A DNA stretch of 32,000 nt from an uncultured Chloroflexia bacterium (GCA_963704755.1 OY969938.1:4500001-4532000), one strand, 5' to 3'. Shown: positions 1 to 8,082, counted from the first letter of the stretch. The notes: generated by a model from the sequence alone, not told the origin. Translations and numbers: made by a program.

Positions 1-454
1 CCTGGCTGTCCGCCAGGGTGGACAGGCTGGCGTGTACCGCCGACTGGATTGTTTGGGCATTGCCGTTGGTCTGGTCGAGGATCAGTTGCAGCGGCTCGGG
101 CGAGGCGGTCGCCAGGGCGTCGCTATAGCCGGCCGGGATGATCAGGATGGCGGCCAGGTTCTGTTCTTTGACCTGCGCTTCCAGGTCCGCCTGGGGTTGG
201 GCCTGTACATCCTGGAAGGCAAAGGTTGGGTTGGCCGCCAGGCTGGAGCGCAGCGCGGAGGTGATGGGCGTATCGCCGTCCTGGTTCAACCAGCCGATCG
301 AGATCGAGGCAGGCTGGTCGGATGAGCTGCCGGCTTTGAGCGCAAAGCCCATAAAGGCGGTGAACAGGGCCGGCATAAGGATGAAAAAGATCAAGGATTT
401 GCGATCGCGGATGATTTGCGACAGGTCTTTTAAGGTAAGGGTGAGGATGCGCAT
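1..454 (-). CDS. ABC-2 type transporter permease, second permease of the operon; C-terminal part runs off the window
   Basis: Absent from the ORF track because there is no stop in the window. My reverse-strand translation from the ATG (complement of 452-454) reads MRILTLTLKDLSQIIRDRKSLIFFILMPALFTAFMGFALK... This is paralogous to the N-terminus of the upstream permease (MKIFNIALKDLIQSSRSL...). GGAG lies 6 nt upstream, and there is an 18-nt gap after the upstream stop. Confidence 0.75.
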   Translation of the reverse strand, partial: MRILTLTLKDLSQIIRDRKSLIFFILMPALFTAFMGFALKAGSSSDQPASISIGWLNQDGDTPITSALRSSLAANPTFAFQDVQAQPQADLEAQVKEQNLAAILIIPAGYSDALATASPEPLQLILDQTNGNAQTIQSAVHASLSTLADSQ

Positions 455-472
455 GGCAAACTCCATTTGGAT

Positions 473-1714
473 TTAGTAAGCAGTACTGTTGCGCCGTTGA
501 AAGCGCAGCAGCCCACCGGCGAAGAAGCCGGCTCCGAGCAAGCCCAGAACGGCGATAGTCGGCAGGATGGTCGCCAGGCTGGCGCCATCCAGCGCTTGCG
601 AAAAGGCGCGCATGGCCCAGCCCTGGGGAGTAAAGAGCGCCACGATTGTGAAGGCGGCCGGCAGGTTGGAGATGACCGCGGTGAACAGGCCGCCCATCAT
701 GCCCATGACACTGAGGATCCCGCCGGTGATGGCGCCGGCCTGGCGGGCGTTATTGGCAAAAGTGAGCAGGAAGACCCCGAAGCCGGTCGAGGCGAGGGAC
801 AGGCCGAACACGGCGACACCCAGGTTGAGCGGGTTGCCCCATTCGATGTGGAAGAGCAGATGCGAAGCCACCAGCAAGACCAGCGATTGGATCAAAATGG
901 TCAGCCAGACGGCCAGGAATTTACCGGCCAGGATGGTCTTGCGGCTGGTAGGCGTAGTCAACAGCCGCGGCAAGGTCTGCTGCTCTTCTTCACGCAGGAT
1001 CGACAGCGCGCCGTTGGCGCCGCTGAAGAAGACGAAGAAGATCATCATCCCGGCCATCATTTTGGGCAGGATCAGGGCCAGTGGGGATGCATCCTGAGCG
1101 GTGGCCGAAACGTCGACCGTCTCCAAATAGGGGCTGTTGTCCGCTTGCAGGCCGCTGACCAGGTCCGTATGGCTCTGGATATATTCACCCAGCAAGGCCG
1201 GGGGAGCCGATGGCCCGGCCAGCTCGCTGAGGATGGCCGTGCCGTCCAAGGTATGCAGATATTGATCGACCAATGCGTCGAACACTTGCAGGCCAGTGCC
1301 GGCGGCCGCGTCGTGCAGCAGGGTCAGCGAAGCGCTGGACTGCTCAGCGTAGAAAGCCTGGGTGAAACCGGCGGGGATAATCAAGGCTGCGGAAGCTTTT
1401 TGATCGCTAACAGCCTGGCGCGCACTTTGTTCGTCGGTCACGGTCTCCACTTTCAGCCAGGCCGGTACCTGGTCCGATATGAGATAACTTTGCAGTTGGT
1501 CCCCCAGTGCTGGCGAGCCGGCGGTACCCTGGTCTAGATTGGCGACGACTACCGGAAAATCGGTCAGGGTCATTTCGCCGCTCTTGGCGGTTCCGCCGAA
1601 GGCCAGCCCCACCAGCCCGGTGATGAGCAGCGGGGCAACGATCATCATGCCCACTGCGACCAGGCTGCGAGAAGATTGGATGAGATCTTTGAGTGCGATA
1701 TTGAAAATTTTCAT
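473..1714 (-). CDS. ABC-2 type transporter permease
   Basis: 413-aa ORF with an N-terminal TM segment, a large extracytoplasmic loop and a C-terminal cluster of about 5 hydrophobic helices, typical of the ABC-2 family. It lies directly downstream of the ATPase gene. The plus-strand ORFs overlapping it are antisense shadows. Confidence 0.85.
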   Translation of the reverse strand: MKIFNIALKDLIQSSRSLVAVGMMIVAPLLITGLVGLAFGGTAKSGEMTLTDFPVVVANLDQGTAGSPALGDQLQSYLISDQVPAWLKVETVTDEQSARQAVSDQKASAALIIPAGFTQAFYAEQSSASLTLLHDAAAGTGLQVFDALVDQYLHTLDGTAILSELAGPSAPPALLGEYIQSHTDLVSGLQADNSPYLETVDVSATAQDASPLALILPKMMAGMMIFFVFFSGANGALSILREEEQQTLPRLLTTPTSRKTILAGKFLAVWLTILIQSLVLLVASHLLFHIEWGNPLNLGVAVFGLSLASTGFGVFLLTFANNARQAGAITGGILSVMGMMGGLFTAVISNLPAAFTIVALFTPQGWAMRAFSQALDGASLATILPTIAVLGLLGAGFFAGGLLRFQRRNSTAY

Positions 1715-1730
1715 GGCACACTTTTCCTGT

Positions 1731-2678
1731 TCAGTCGCGCAGCGCTTTGCCGGTCAGGTGCAAAAACACAGTTTCGAGGTTAGGCTCGACCACGTTCATG
1801 CCGGTGATGCGTGCGTTCAAGCGGCCGGCGGTTTCGAAGAGAGCCGGCAGAACCTGGTTGCTGTCGGGGGTCAGGATGCTGATGGTTCCGTCGGTTCGGT
1901 CGGCTTTGGTCACCCCTGGGATAGTCTTCCAGGCGCTCAGTACTTCCTCTTTGTTGGCGTTGATGGTCAGATCGATGCGGGTGTTTTCACCGACCAGGCG
2001 GATCAGTTCGGTATGGTTGCCCTGGGCAATGATTTTGCCGTTGTCCATAATCGCGATCCGGTCAGATAGTTCGGCGGCTTCTTCCATGTAATGGGTGGTG
2101 TACAGTACGCTGACGCCTTGATCGTGCAGCTCCTTGATCCAGTCCAGGATGTGCCGGCGGCTCTGCGGATCGATACCGACCGTGGGCTCGTCCAGGATGA
2201 TTACCCGCGGGTTGTGCAGCAAGGCCGCGGCGATATTCAGGCGGCGTTTCATCCCGCCCGAGAAAGTGCCCACCTTACCATTCTGTCGCTCGGTCAACTC
2301 GATCCGTTCCAGGGCGGACTTAACCCGGCTTTTCAACTCACCCCCGCGCAAGCCGAACATTTGCCCCCAGAAAACCAGGTTTTCCTGGGCCGAAAGATCG
2401 GGATACAGGGCGATATCTTGCGGAACGACACCCAGGTTCTGCCGGGCAGCCTGCGGATCGCTGCGAATGGAGTGCCCGAGAATACTGGCATCACCCTGGT
2501 CGGCCTTGATCAGGCCGCTGATCATGGAAATTGTGGTGCTCTTTCCGGCGCCATTCGGCCCTAACAGGCTGAAGGTCTCACCGGACTGGATGGCGAAGTC
2601 GACGCCATCGACGGCCTTGAGACTGCCAAACGACTTGTGTAAATCAATGATTTGAACGGTAGTTTCTTTACTCATCAC
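1731..2678 (-). CDS. ABC transporter ATP-binding protein (ABC-2/DrrA-like)
   Basis: Walker A GPNGAGKST, signature FSGGMKRRL, Walker B VIILDEPTVGID, H-loop YTTHYMEE. GAGG lies 5 nt upstream of the ATG. Confidence 0.95.
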   Translation of the reverse strand: MMSKETTVQIIDLHKSFGSLKAVDGVDFAIQSGETFSLLGPNGAGKSTTISMISGLIKADQGDASILGHSIRSDPQAARQNLGVVPQDIALYPDLSAQENLVFWGQMFGLRGGELKSRVKSALERIELTERQNGKVGTFSGGMKRRLNIAAALLHNPRVIILDEPTVGIDPQSRRHILDWIKELHDQGVSVLYTTHYMEEAAELSDRIAIMDNGKIIAQGNHTELIRLVGENTRIDLTINANKEEVLSAWKTIPGVTKADRTDGTISILTPDSNQVLPALFETAGRLNARITGMNVVEPNLETVFLHLTGKALRD

Positions 2679-2682
2679 GCCC

Positions 2683-2859
2683 TCAAGCTTTTTGAAATTG
2701 CAAAATGGCCAGGCAGAAAATTGCGATGGCCAATAATGTGATCGAAGTTTCCGGCTCGGCCGCGCCGAGAATATTCAAGAGAATAACGGCGACTGACATG
2801 GCGAAAGCAATTGCCTTGAAGATCAACTGGCCGATATTTTTATCTAAAACAGCTTTCAT
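2683..2859 (-). CDS. small two-helix membrane protein (58 aa), first gene of the ABC operon
   Basis: Internal ATG (complement of 2857-2859) of the 79-aa track ORF, preceded by GGGAGGA with a 7-nt spacer. Sequence MKAVLDKNIGQLIFKAIAFAMSVAVILLNILGAAEPETSITLLAIAIFCLAILQFQKA has two hydrophobic helices. It ends 4 nt before the ATPase start. No family recognised. Confidence 0.5.
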   Translation of the reverse strand: MKAVLDKNIGQLIFKAIAFAMSVAVILLNILGAAEPETSITLLAIAIFCLAILQFQKA

Positions 2860-2940
2860 GGATTTATCCTCCCAAAGATTTTCAACTATGAACAGTATAG
2901 GTAAGCGGCTGCTGGTCTCCATCGTGCAAAGGGGAAACGG

Positions 2941-2978
2941 GCATTGTACTTAAGGACAATATGCTTTCGGACAATGTC
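2941..2978. promoter_or_regulatory. candidate response-regulator operator: three ACAAT-core repeats in the divergent ABC / kinase intergenic region
   Basis: GGACAATATG (2954-2963) and GGACAATGTC (2969-2978) are direct repeats 15 bp apart. GCATTGT (2941-2947) is an inverted copy. Location fits autoregulation, but there is no binding data. Confidence 0.25.
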
Positions 2979-3010
2979 AAAAAGGGGAGGACAGGTATAA
3001 TTTAAACAAG

Positions 3011-4288
3011 ATGGAAAATAAACAGGTCAAACGAACCAGCGTTTTTCAAAAAATCCGCACCAACTTGTCGTTGGCCAGCGCCAACGACCGGGCAACCTTC
3101 TCGTTTTTCTATTTCCTGGTTGTGATTCTGACGGGCATTGCAGTTTGGTCGATGATTGCTTCCCCCAAGCTAAAGCAGCCCGTTTATTGGGTGCCCTTCG
3201 TTATCCTGAACCTGGTCCACCTGGTGCTGCACTGGTCGATCATCGGGTTTCAATATAAGCCATCCCAGTACATTGTTTACATTGTTGGCCAAGGTGCACT
3301 GGTATTCGCCATCTGTGGTTTGAGTGGGATGCCATACATCAGCTATGGGCTGTTTATGGCTTTGATCGGTGAAGCGATGGGGATGTTCAGCACCACTTCG
3401 CGGAAGACCGTGGCAGTGTTGTTCTACCTGGTGCTGTCGCTGCTGACGTACTACGTCTTTATGCCGGAAACGGATTTGTTAGGCTGGCTTTTGCCGTTCG
3501 TGCCCATGACCTTGTTTGTGATCATTTACGTGAACCTGTATCTCAAGCAGATCGGTGCCCGCATGCAGGCCCAAAAACTTAGCCGCGAGCTGGAGCAGGC
3601 CAACCGGCAGTTATCGGACTATGCCGCCCAGATCGAGCAGTTGACCCTGAACGCCGAACGCCAGCGGATTGCCCGGGAGCTGCACGATTCGCTTTCAGCG
3701 GGGCTGGCCGGGACCATTTTGCAGCTTGAGGCAGCCGATACCTACCTGACGGCCGGAAATACCGAACGCGCTCAAGTGATCGTTAACCACACCATGGAAC
3801 GCGCCCGCTCGGCTCTGGCAGACGCACGCCGGATGATCGACCAGTTACGCTCGGGCAACCGCCTGGGGATCGACCTGTATGATTATTGCCAGAAAGAGGC
3901 CCGGCGGCTGCGCGAATCCGTCGGGATCAATTGCACCCTGGAAATGGATGAGGATTTGGAAATCCCCGAAGAATTAGCCGAAGCGCTTTATCGTATTGTG
4001 GGTGAGGGCATCAGCAATATCGAGCGGCACTCCAAGGCGAAAAACTGCCAGGTGCGAATTAAAGAAAACAAGGGCCAGCTGCTGATCGAGATCGAAGATG
4101 ACGGGGTGGGTTTCGATCCGGCGGTCAAGGTGGGCGAACAGGGCCACTATGGGCTGGTGGGGATCAAAGAACGGGCCCGGTTCGCGCATGGACAGGCTGA
4201 GATTCACAGCCTGGCTGGAAAAGGGAGCTTCCTGCGTATAGTCATTCCAATCCAACCGGCCAGACTCGAATCAAAGGGGGCGCACTGA
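3011..4288 (+). CDS. sensor histidine kinase, HisKA_3 (NarX/LiaS-like) family, intramembrane-sensing architecture
   Basis: About 170 aa of consecutive hydrophobic segments with no large external loop, then a coiled coil. H-box ERQRIARELHDSLSAGL, N-box ISNIERHS, G-boxes EDDGVGFD and GLVGIKER. The stop abuts the regulator start (TGAATG). Confidence 0.9.
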   Translation: MENKQVKRTSVFQKIRTNLSLASANDRATFSFFYFLVVILTGIAVWSMIASPKLKQPVYWVPFVILNLVHLVLHWSIIGFQYKPSQYIVYIVGQGALVFAICGLSGMPYISYGLFMALIGEAMGMFSTTSRKTVAVLFYLVLSLLTYYVFMPETDLLGWLLPFVPMTLFVIIYVNLYLKQIGARMQAQKLSRELEQANRQLSDYAAQIEQLTLNAERQRIARELHDSLSAGLAGTILQLEAADTYLTAGNTERAQVIVNHTMERARSALADARRMIDQLRSGNRLGIDLYDYCQKEARRLRESVGINCTLEMDEDLEIPEELAEALYRIVGEGISNIERHSKAKNCQVRIKENKGQLLIEIEDDGVGFDPAVKVGEQGHYGLVGIKERARFAHGQAEIHSLAGKGSFLRIVIPIQPARLESKGAH

Positions 4289-4975
4289 ATGAGCCAATCG
4301 ATCCGCATTTTGATTTGTGATGACCACCAGATCGTCCGCGAAGGTCTGCGGCTGATTTTAGAGACGGTGGCGGACTTCGAAGTGGTTGGTGAGGCGGTCG
4401 ATGGGGGCGAGGCCCTGGTGATGTCGGCTGAAACCCATCCGGATGTGGTTCTGATGGACCTGCGCATGCCCGGCATGGACGGATTGACTGCCCTGGAGCG
4501 ACTGCACGAGACTGACCCGCTCGTAGCGGTAGTGATCCTGACCACTTATAATGAGGACGAGTTGATGCTGCGCGGCCTGCAATTAGGCGCACGCGGCTAC
4601 CTGCTCAAAGATACCGGCCGGCAGGCTCTGTTCAATTCGATCCGGGCGGCGGCGCACGGGGAGACCCTGCTCAAACCGGAGTTTCTGGCGCGCATGCTGG
4701 TCCCACGCGAGACGGCTCCTGTCCAAAAACCACCGGCGGCCAGTCTGCCGGCTGACCCGAACGGCTGCCTGACCGAACGCGAAATGGAAGTGCTGGTCGC
4801 CGCGGCGCGGGGGGAGCGTAGTAAAGAGATCGCGCTGAATTTGAGCATCAGCGAGCGCACGGTCAAGGCCCACCTGGCCAGCATTTATAACAAATTGGGG
4901 GTCGATTCGCGCGCTGCAGCAATTGCCGTGGCGGCGCAAAGGGGCTGGCTGGGAACAGATCCCCAGCAGTTATAA
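4289..4975 (+). CDS. response regulator, NarL/LuxR (FixJ) family
   Basis: Receiver motifs ILICDDHQIVREGL and DVVLMDLRMPGMDG. C-terminal LuxR-type HTH LTEREMEVLVAAARGERSKEIALNLSISERTVKAHLASIYNKLGV. Confidence 0.95.
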   Translation: MSQSIRILICDDHQIVREGLRLILETVADFEVVGEAVDGGEALVMSAETHPDVVLMDLRMPGMDGLTALERLHETDPLVAVVILTTYNEDELMLRGLQLGARGYLLKDTGRQALFNSIRAAAHGETLLKPEFLARMLVPRETAPVQKPPAASLPADPNGCLTEREMEVLVAAARGERSKEIALNLSISERTVKAHLASIYNKLGVDSRAAAIAVAAQRGWLGTDPQQL

Positions 4976-5098
4976 TTTAATGTGAGTTCGGGATAAAAGA
5001 AAAGAGAGGTAATTTGAGTATGTTTTTATTTGTGGCTGCGCAGCCGCCACGAATAAAAACATACTCAAAAACTCTCATCTCGAACTGACGTTAATTTA
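4973..5098. repeat. hairpin repeat H1 inside a ~126-bp imperfect foldback
   Basis: Core: 5013-5030 TTTGAGTATGTTTTTATT pairs perfectly with 5052-5069. The inner 5031-5039/5043-5051 adds 7 pairs plus one G-T and one mismatch, with loop GCA. Outer inverted repeats: GAGAG 5004-5008 / CTCTC 5072-5076, and TAATTTAATGTGAGTTCG 4973-4990 versus the reverse complement of 5081-5098 (15/18). Confidence 0.9.
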
Positions 5099-5117
5099 TT
5101 AATGATATTGCTCTGGT

Positions 5118-5146
5118 TTGAATGTAGGGTAAATTTGCTGTACTAT
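5118..5146 (+). promoter_or_regulatory. sigma70-like promoter for the antitoxin-like gene
   Basis: TTGAAT (5118-5123), 17-nt spacer, TACTAT (5141-5146). It sits 19 nt upstream of the ATG, with AGGAGAG in between. Confidence 0.45.
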
Positions 5147-5165
5147 ATACGGCAGGAGAGCTGTT

Positions 5166-5414
5166 ATGGAAAAAGCCAGGCTGACCGTTCAAGTTCCACG
5201 TGACCTTTTGGAGAATGCCAAACGTTACGCGGCTCAAAACAACACCACCCTCACTGAACTAATCAGTGCCTACCTTCAACGCATCCCAGCCCAGCGTTCG
5301 TTAGAAAATGCCCCCATCGTGCGCCGATTAAGCGGCATCTTATCCCCTGAGATAGGTGTACAGGAGTACAAAAACCACCTTGAAGAAAAAAATCGGGTGC
5401 CTATCCGAAAATAG
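5166..5414 (+). CDS. ribbon-helix-helix (CopG/VapB-like) antitoxin-like protein with no adjacent toxin gene
   Basis: 82 aa. N-terminus ARLTVQVPRDLLENAKRYAAQNNTTLTELISAYLQRI fits a strand-helix-helix pattern. The C-terminal tail PIVRRLSGIL...EYKNHLEEK resembles tails of PIN-associated antitoxins as I recall them. AGGAGAG lies 5 nt upstream. Confidence 0.55.
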   Translation: MEKARLTVQVPRDLLENAKRYAAQNNTTLTELISAYLQRIPAQRSLENAPIVRRLSGILSPEIGVQEYKNHLEEKNRVPIRK

Positions 5415-5457
5415 TTTTGGTTGATTGTTTGTAACCGTTCAGCCTGATGGGTATAAA

Positions 5458-5511
5458 CCCGAATTTGAGGTGCATGCATGGGCGAAGCCATGCATACACC
5501 TCAAATTCGGG
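5458..5511. repeat. hairpin repeat H2
   Basis: 5458-5481 CCCGAATTTGAGGTGCATGCATGG pairs with 5488-5511. This gives 24 bp with one C-A mismatch (5473/5496) and loop GCGAAG. It is followed by ACCTTTT. Confidence 0.9.
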
Positions 5512-5562
5512 ACCTTTTAACCCGGGCCAGAGTTGTTACGAATTATAGGTATATGAGGAATT

Positions 5563-6228
5563 ATGGACAGAGAACTTTGGACCGCAGTGGACCGGTACCT
5601 CAAAGAATATCTGACTCCACCGGACCCGGCGCTGGAAAATGCCTTGCAGACCTCTGCCAGGGCCGCTTTCCCGGCCATTCAGGTAACCCCCACCCAGGGC
5701 AAGCTTTTGTATGTGCTGGCGAAGTCGATCCAGGCCCGCTCGATCCTCGAGATTGGCACATTGGGCGGCTACAGTACAATCTGGTTGGCGCGCGCATTGC
5801 AGCCGGGCGGCAGGCTGATCAGTCTGGAAGCTGACCCGGAACATGCCCGGGTAGCCCGCGGCAACCTGGAAGTGGCCGGTTTATCGGCTCAGGTAGAAAT
5901 CCGCCTGGGGAAAGGGCTGGAGAGCCTGCCCAAACTGGCCGAGGAGACCAGCGAACCATTTGACCTGGTGTTCATCGACGCGGATAAGGTGAATACCACG
6001 GCCTATTTCGAATGGGCAGTGAAACTGACCCGGCCGGGCGGGCTGATCCTGGTCGATAACGTCATCCGGCAAGGCAAGCTCATCGACGCGGCCAGCGACG
6101 ATCCTAATGTGCTGGGTATGCGCCGTTTTTTGGAGCACCTCGGCCGCGAAAAGCGGGTCAGCGCGACCGTGGTCCAGACCGTAGGTGAAAAAGATTACGA
6201 CGGGTTTGCGATCGCAGTTGTGAGTTAA
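5563..6228 (+). CDS. class I SAM-dependent O-methyltransferase (caffeoyl-CoA OMT / YrrM-like)
   Basis: SAM-binding LEIGTLGGYSTIWLA, ISLEAD, FDLVFIDADK, LILVDNV. GAGG lies 4 nt upstream of the ATG. Confidence 0.9.
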   Translation: MDRELWTAVDRYLKEYLTPPDPALENALQTSARAAFPAIQVTPTQGKLLYVLAKSIQARSILEIGTLGGYSTIWLARALQPGGRLISLEADPEHARVARGNLEVAGLSAQVEIRLGKGLESLPKLAEETSEPFDLVFIDADKVNTTAYFEWAVKLTRPGGLILVDNVIRQGKLIDAASDDPNVLGMRRFLEHLGREKRVSATVVQTVGEKDYDGFAIAVVS

Positions 6229-6328
6229 ATCCAGTCCGGAAATGAAGGCTGGCCGACCGAAAGCAAGATTTTCACCGATAGCCTTCTGTTTCATTGGAAA
6301 ATAGTGGCTATTCGGGTTGTTTAGACTT

Positions 6329-6390
6329 AAGGAGTGTTTTCATTATTTCGCGTGCTTAGCACGCGAAATAATGAAAACACTCCTTTTTTT
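6329..6390 (+). terminator. hairpin repeat H3, acting as an intrinsic terminator after the O-methyltransferase gene
   Basis: 27-bp perfect stem 6329-6355 / 6359-6385 (AAGGAGTGTTTTCATTATTTCGCGTGC), loop TTA. It is followed by TTTTT (6386-6390) and sits between convergent genes. Confidence 0.7.
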
Positions 6391-6515
6391 AAATCGCCGA
6401 GTAGTTGCAAAAAATTGGCTCAAAACAACCCTGAGTTCTGGCGGCCTTGACACGGGCAATTTCGCTGTGGACCGGCAGGAAAACAACCGGTGAGTTTGAA
6501 TGAAATAAGGGCGTA

Positions 6516-8063
6516 TCAAATCTCCCCTAGGATGTCCTCGACCGTATTCTTGGCCCAGTATACGGTCTGCCCCTGGCGCGATAATCTGCGGATGCCATCC
6601 AGGTGGTTGCCCAAGGTGATGATAGCGGGCTCTTCAGCCAGCTCGCCCGACTGGCTGCCCACCTGCCCAAGTCCCACACCTGCCAGCAGCCCGTTGCAAA
6701 GGCAGCGTTTCCCCTCGGTGTTGAAGGGTAAGCCGCGCTTGCTGATAAAATCGTCGATGGGCGAGGCCGGGCAGCGTTGGAACAGTTGGCGCGATCCATC
6801 CGCATCAGGTTTGCTCAACCCGCGCTGTTTCAGGAATCCAAGATCACAAATTTTGCGGCGGTCGGCGTAGACCGATTGGTCCGCCAGGGTACCTTCGAGT
6901 TGTACCACCTTGAACGGGAACCCGGTTGGAGAATAGAGCGAGGTCTGCACCAGGGCTGCATCGCTGGCTCCCTTTTTTAATTCCTTGAAAATCGCGCTGC
7001 GATAAACCGGGCTCAGTCCCAATTCCTCTGCCAGGGCAAATATGGAGCCGGCCTGCACGCCGGCGGCTCCGGCGTCGAGCGCTTTTTGTAACCCGGCGCG
7101 GCTGCCGTAACCGCCAGCCAGCCAGAAGGGCAGCCCTTCCTTTCGAATGGCAGCAAGGTCGGGCTCGTCCAACTCACTATACTGTGGCTGCCCCAGGTCG
7201 TCCTTTTTCATGGGGCCCTGGGGGGCCGCATTATGACCGCCGGCAGTATGGTGCTCGATGATAAAGCCATCCGGCGGCTGGTTCGGGCTTTGGGCAAGAG
7301 CTTTGACCAATCCCTCCAGCGAAACAATTGCCAGAAAAGCCGGGCATTTGAGCGGCTTTTGGGCCAGCTTGCCTGCCGCGATCTGGTGCGGATCGAAAAA
7401 CAGGTTAAAGGTCTCGCCCGAGTCGCGATATAAAACAGATAACTCACTGGTCACAGGTTGGTGCTGTGCCAGTTGGGAACAAAGACCGGGTAAACCCTCA
7501 GGATTGCCGGCGCCTACCACGATTCCATCTACCCCGGCCAGCATTGCGCCATACATGGCGAAAATCAAGGGAAGTTCAACTTTTTTCAAGAAATTGATAA
7601 AAATATTGCCCGGGTGGCCTTCTTTGGCCAGCCAAACCTCGGCGAAGCCGGTAACAATCAATAGTTCAGCCAGGTCTTCATCCAGTGTGAAGTTGATCGG
7701 GTCTGCATCTTTGACCGGAGCAGGGAAGGAACGGGTGCCATCCTGTGTACGCAGGGTCTGGGTTGGCCCATACTTGAAGCGGTTTGCCGGTGATTTACCG
7801 CCGGCGATGAAATAGCGCTCACAAATCTTTTTGCCGATATCGACGCCAAATTGTGCATCAAAAGCGGCATATGCACGGCGCAAGTGTCCGCCGGGATCGC
7901 CAAGTTGGAGGAGGCGTACGTGCACCACATCCAGGGCTGTACCTGAAATCGTTCCTGCGGTGATGCCTGGCTTTTCCATCGCAACCGCTTTTGCCAGGCG
8001 CCAGTTGGAAACGTAAACCCCCATACCACCCTGAATGAGTTTGATGTCCTGCAAGAATGTCAT
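6516..8063 (-). CDS. NMO (nitronate monooxygenase / 2-nitropropane dioxygenase, FabK-like) family flavoprotein
   Basis: N-terminal GGMGVYVSNWRLAKAV, then IIEHHTAGGHN and GAAGVQAGS, typical of the NMO TIM-barrel family. I start at M49 of the track ORF (complement of 8061-8063) because GGAG lies 6 nt upstream. The longer ORF would be translated through hairpin H4. Confidence 0.8.
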   Translation of the reverse strand: MTFLQDIKLIQGGMGVYVSNWRLAKAVAMEKPGITAGTISGTALDVVHVRLLQLGDPGGHLRRAYAAFDAQFGVDIGKKICERYFIAGGKSPANRFKYGPTQTLRTQDGTRSFPAPVKDADPINFTLDEDLAELLIVTGFAEVWLAKEGHPGNIFINFLKKVELPLIFAMYGAMLAGVDGIVVGAGNPEGLPGLCSQLAQHQPVTSELSVLYRDSGETFNLFFDPHQIAAGKLAQKPLKCPAFLAIVSLEGLVKALAQSPNQPPDGFIIEHHTAGGHNAAPQGPMKKDDLGQPQYSELDEPDLAAIRKEGLPFWLAGGYGSRAGLQKALDAGAAGVQAGSIFALAEELGLSPVYRSAIFKELKKGASDAALVQTSLYSPTGFPFKVVQLEGTLADQSVYADRRKICDLGFLKQRGLSKPDADGSRQLFQRCPASPIDDFISKRGLPFNTEGKRCLCNGLLAGVGLGQVGSQSGELAEEPAIITLGNHLDGIRRLSRQGQTVYWAKNTVEDILGEI

Positions 8064-8082
8064 ATTTTGCTCCATAGCGCAA

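Noticed and set aside
467-1537. Long ORFs antisense to confident genes. Examples: 467-1537 (+), 10581-11582 (+), 15191-15952 (-), 19531-20361 (-), 27402-28265 (-), 27689-28381 (+), 31345-31983 (-).
   Set aside because: Their composition is rich in Arg/Gly/Pro/Ala, typical of shadow frames of GC-rich genes. They have no ribosome-binding sites, and the opposite strand carries unmistakable conserved motifs.
4973-6390. The hairpins as integron attC sites (a cassette array or CALIN), given that small same-strand genes are each followed by a palindrome.
   Set aside because: I could not find the RYYYAAC / GTTRRRY core sites at the element boundaries. The stems are perfect, whereas attC has bulged, imperfect pairing. 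No integrase is in the window. The idea is kept only as a remote possibility under the family finding.
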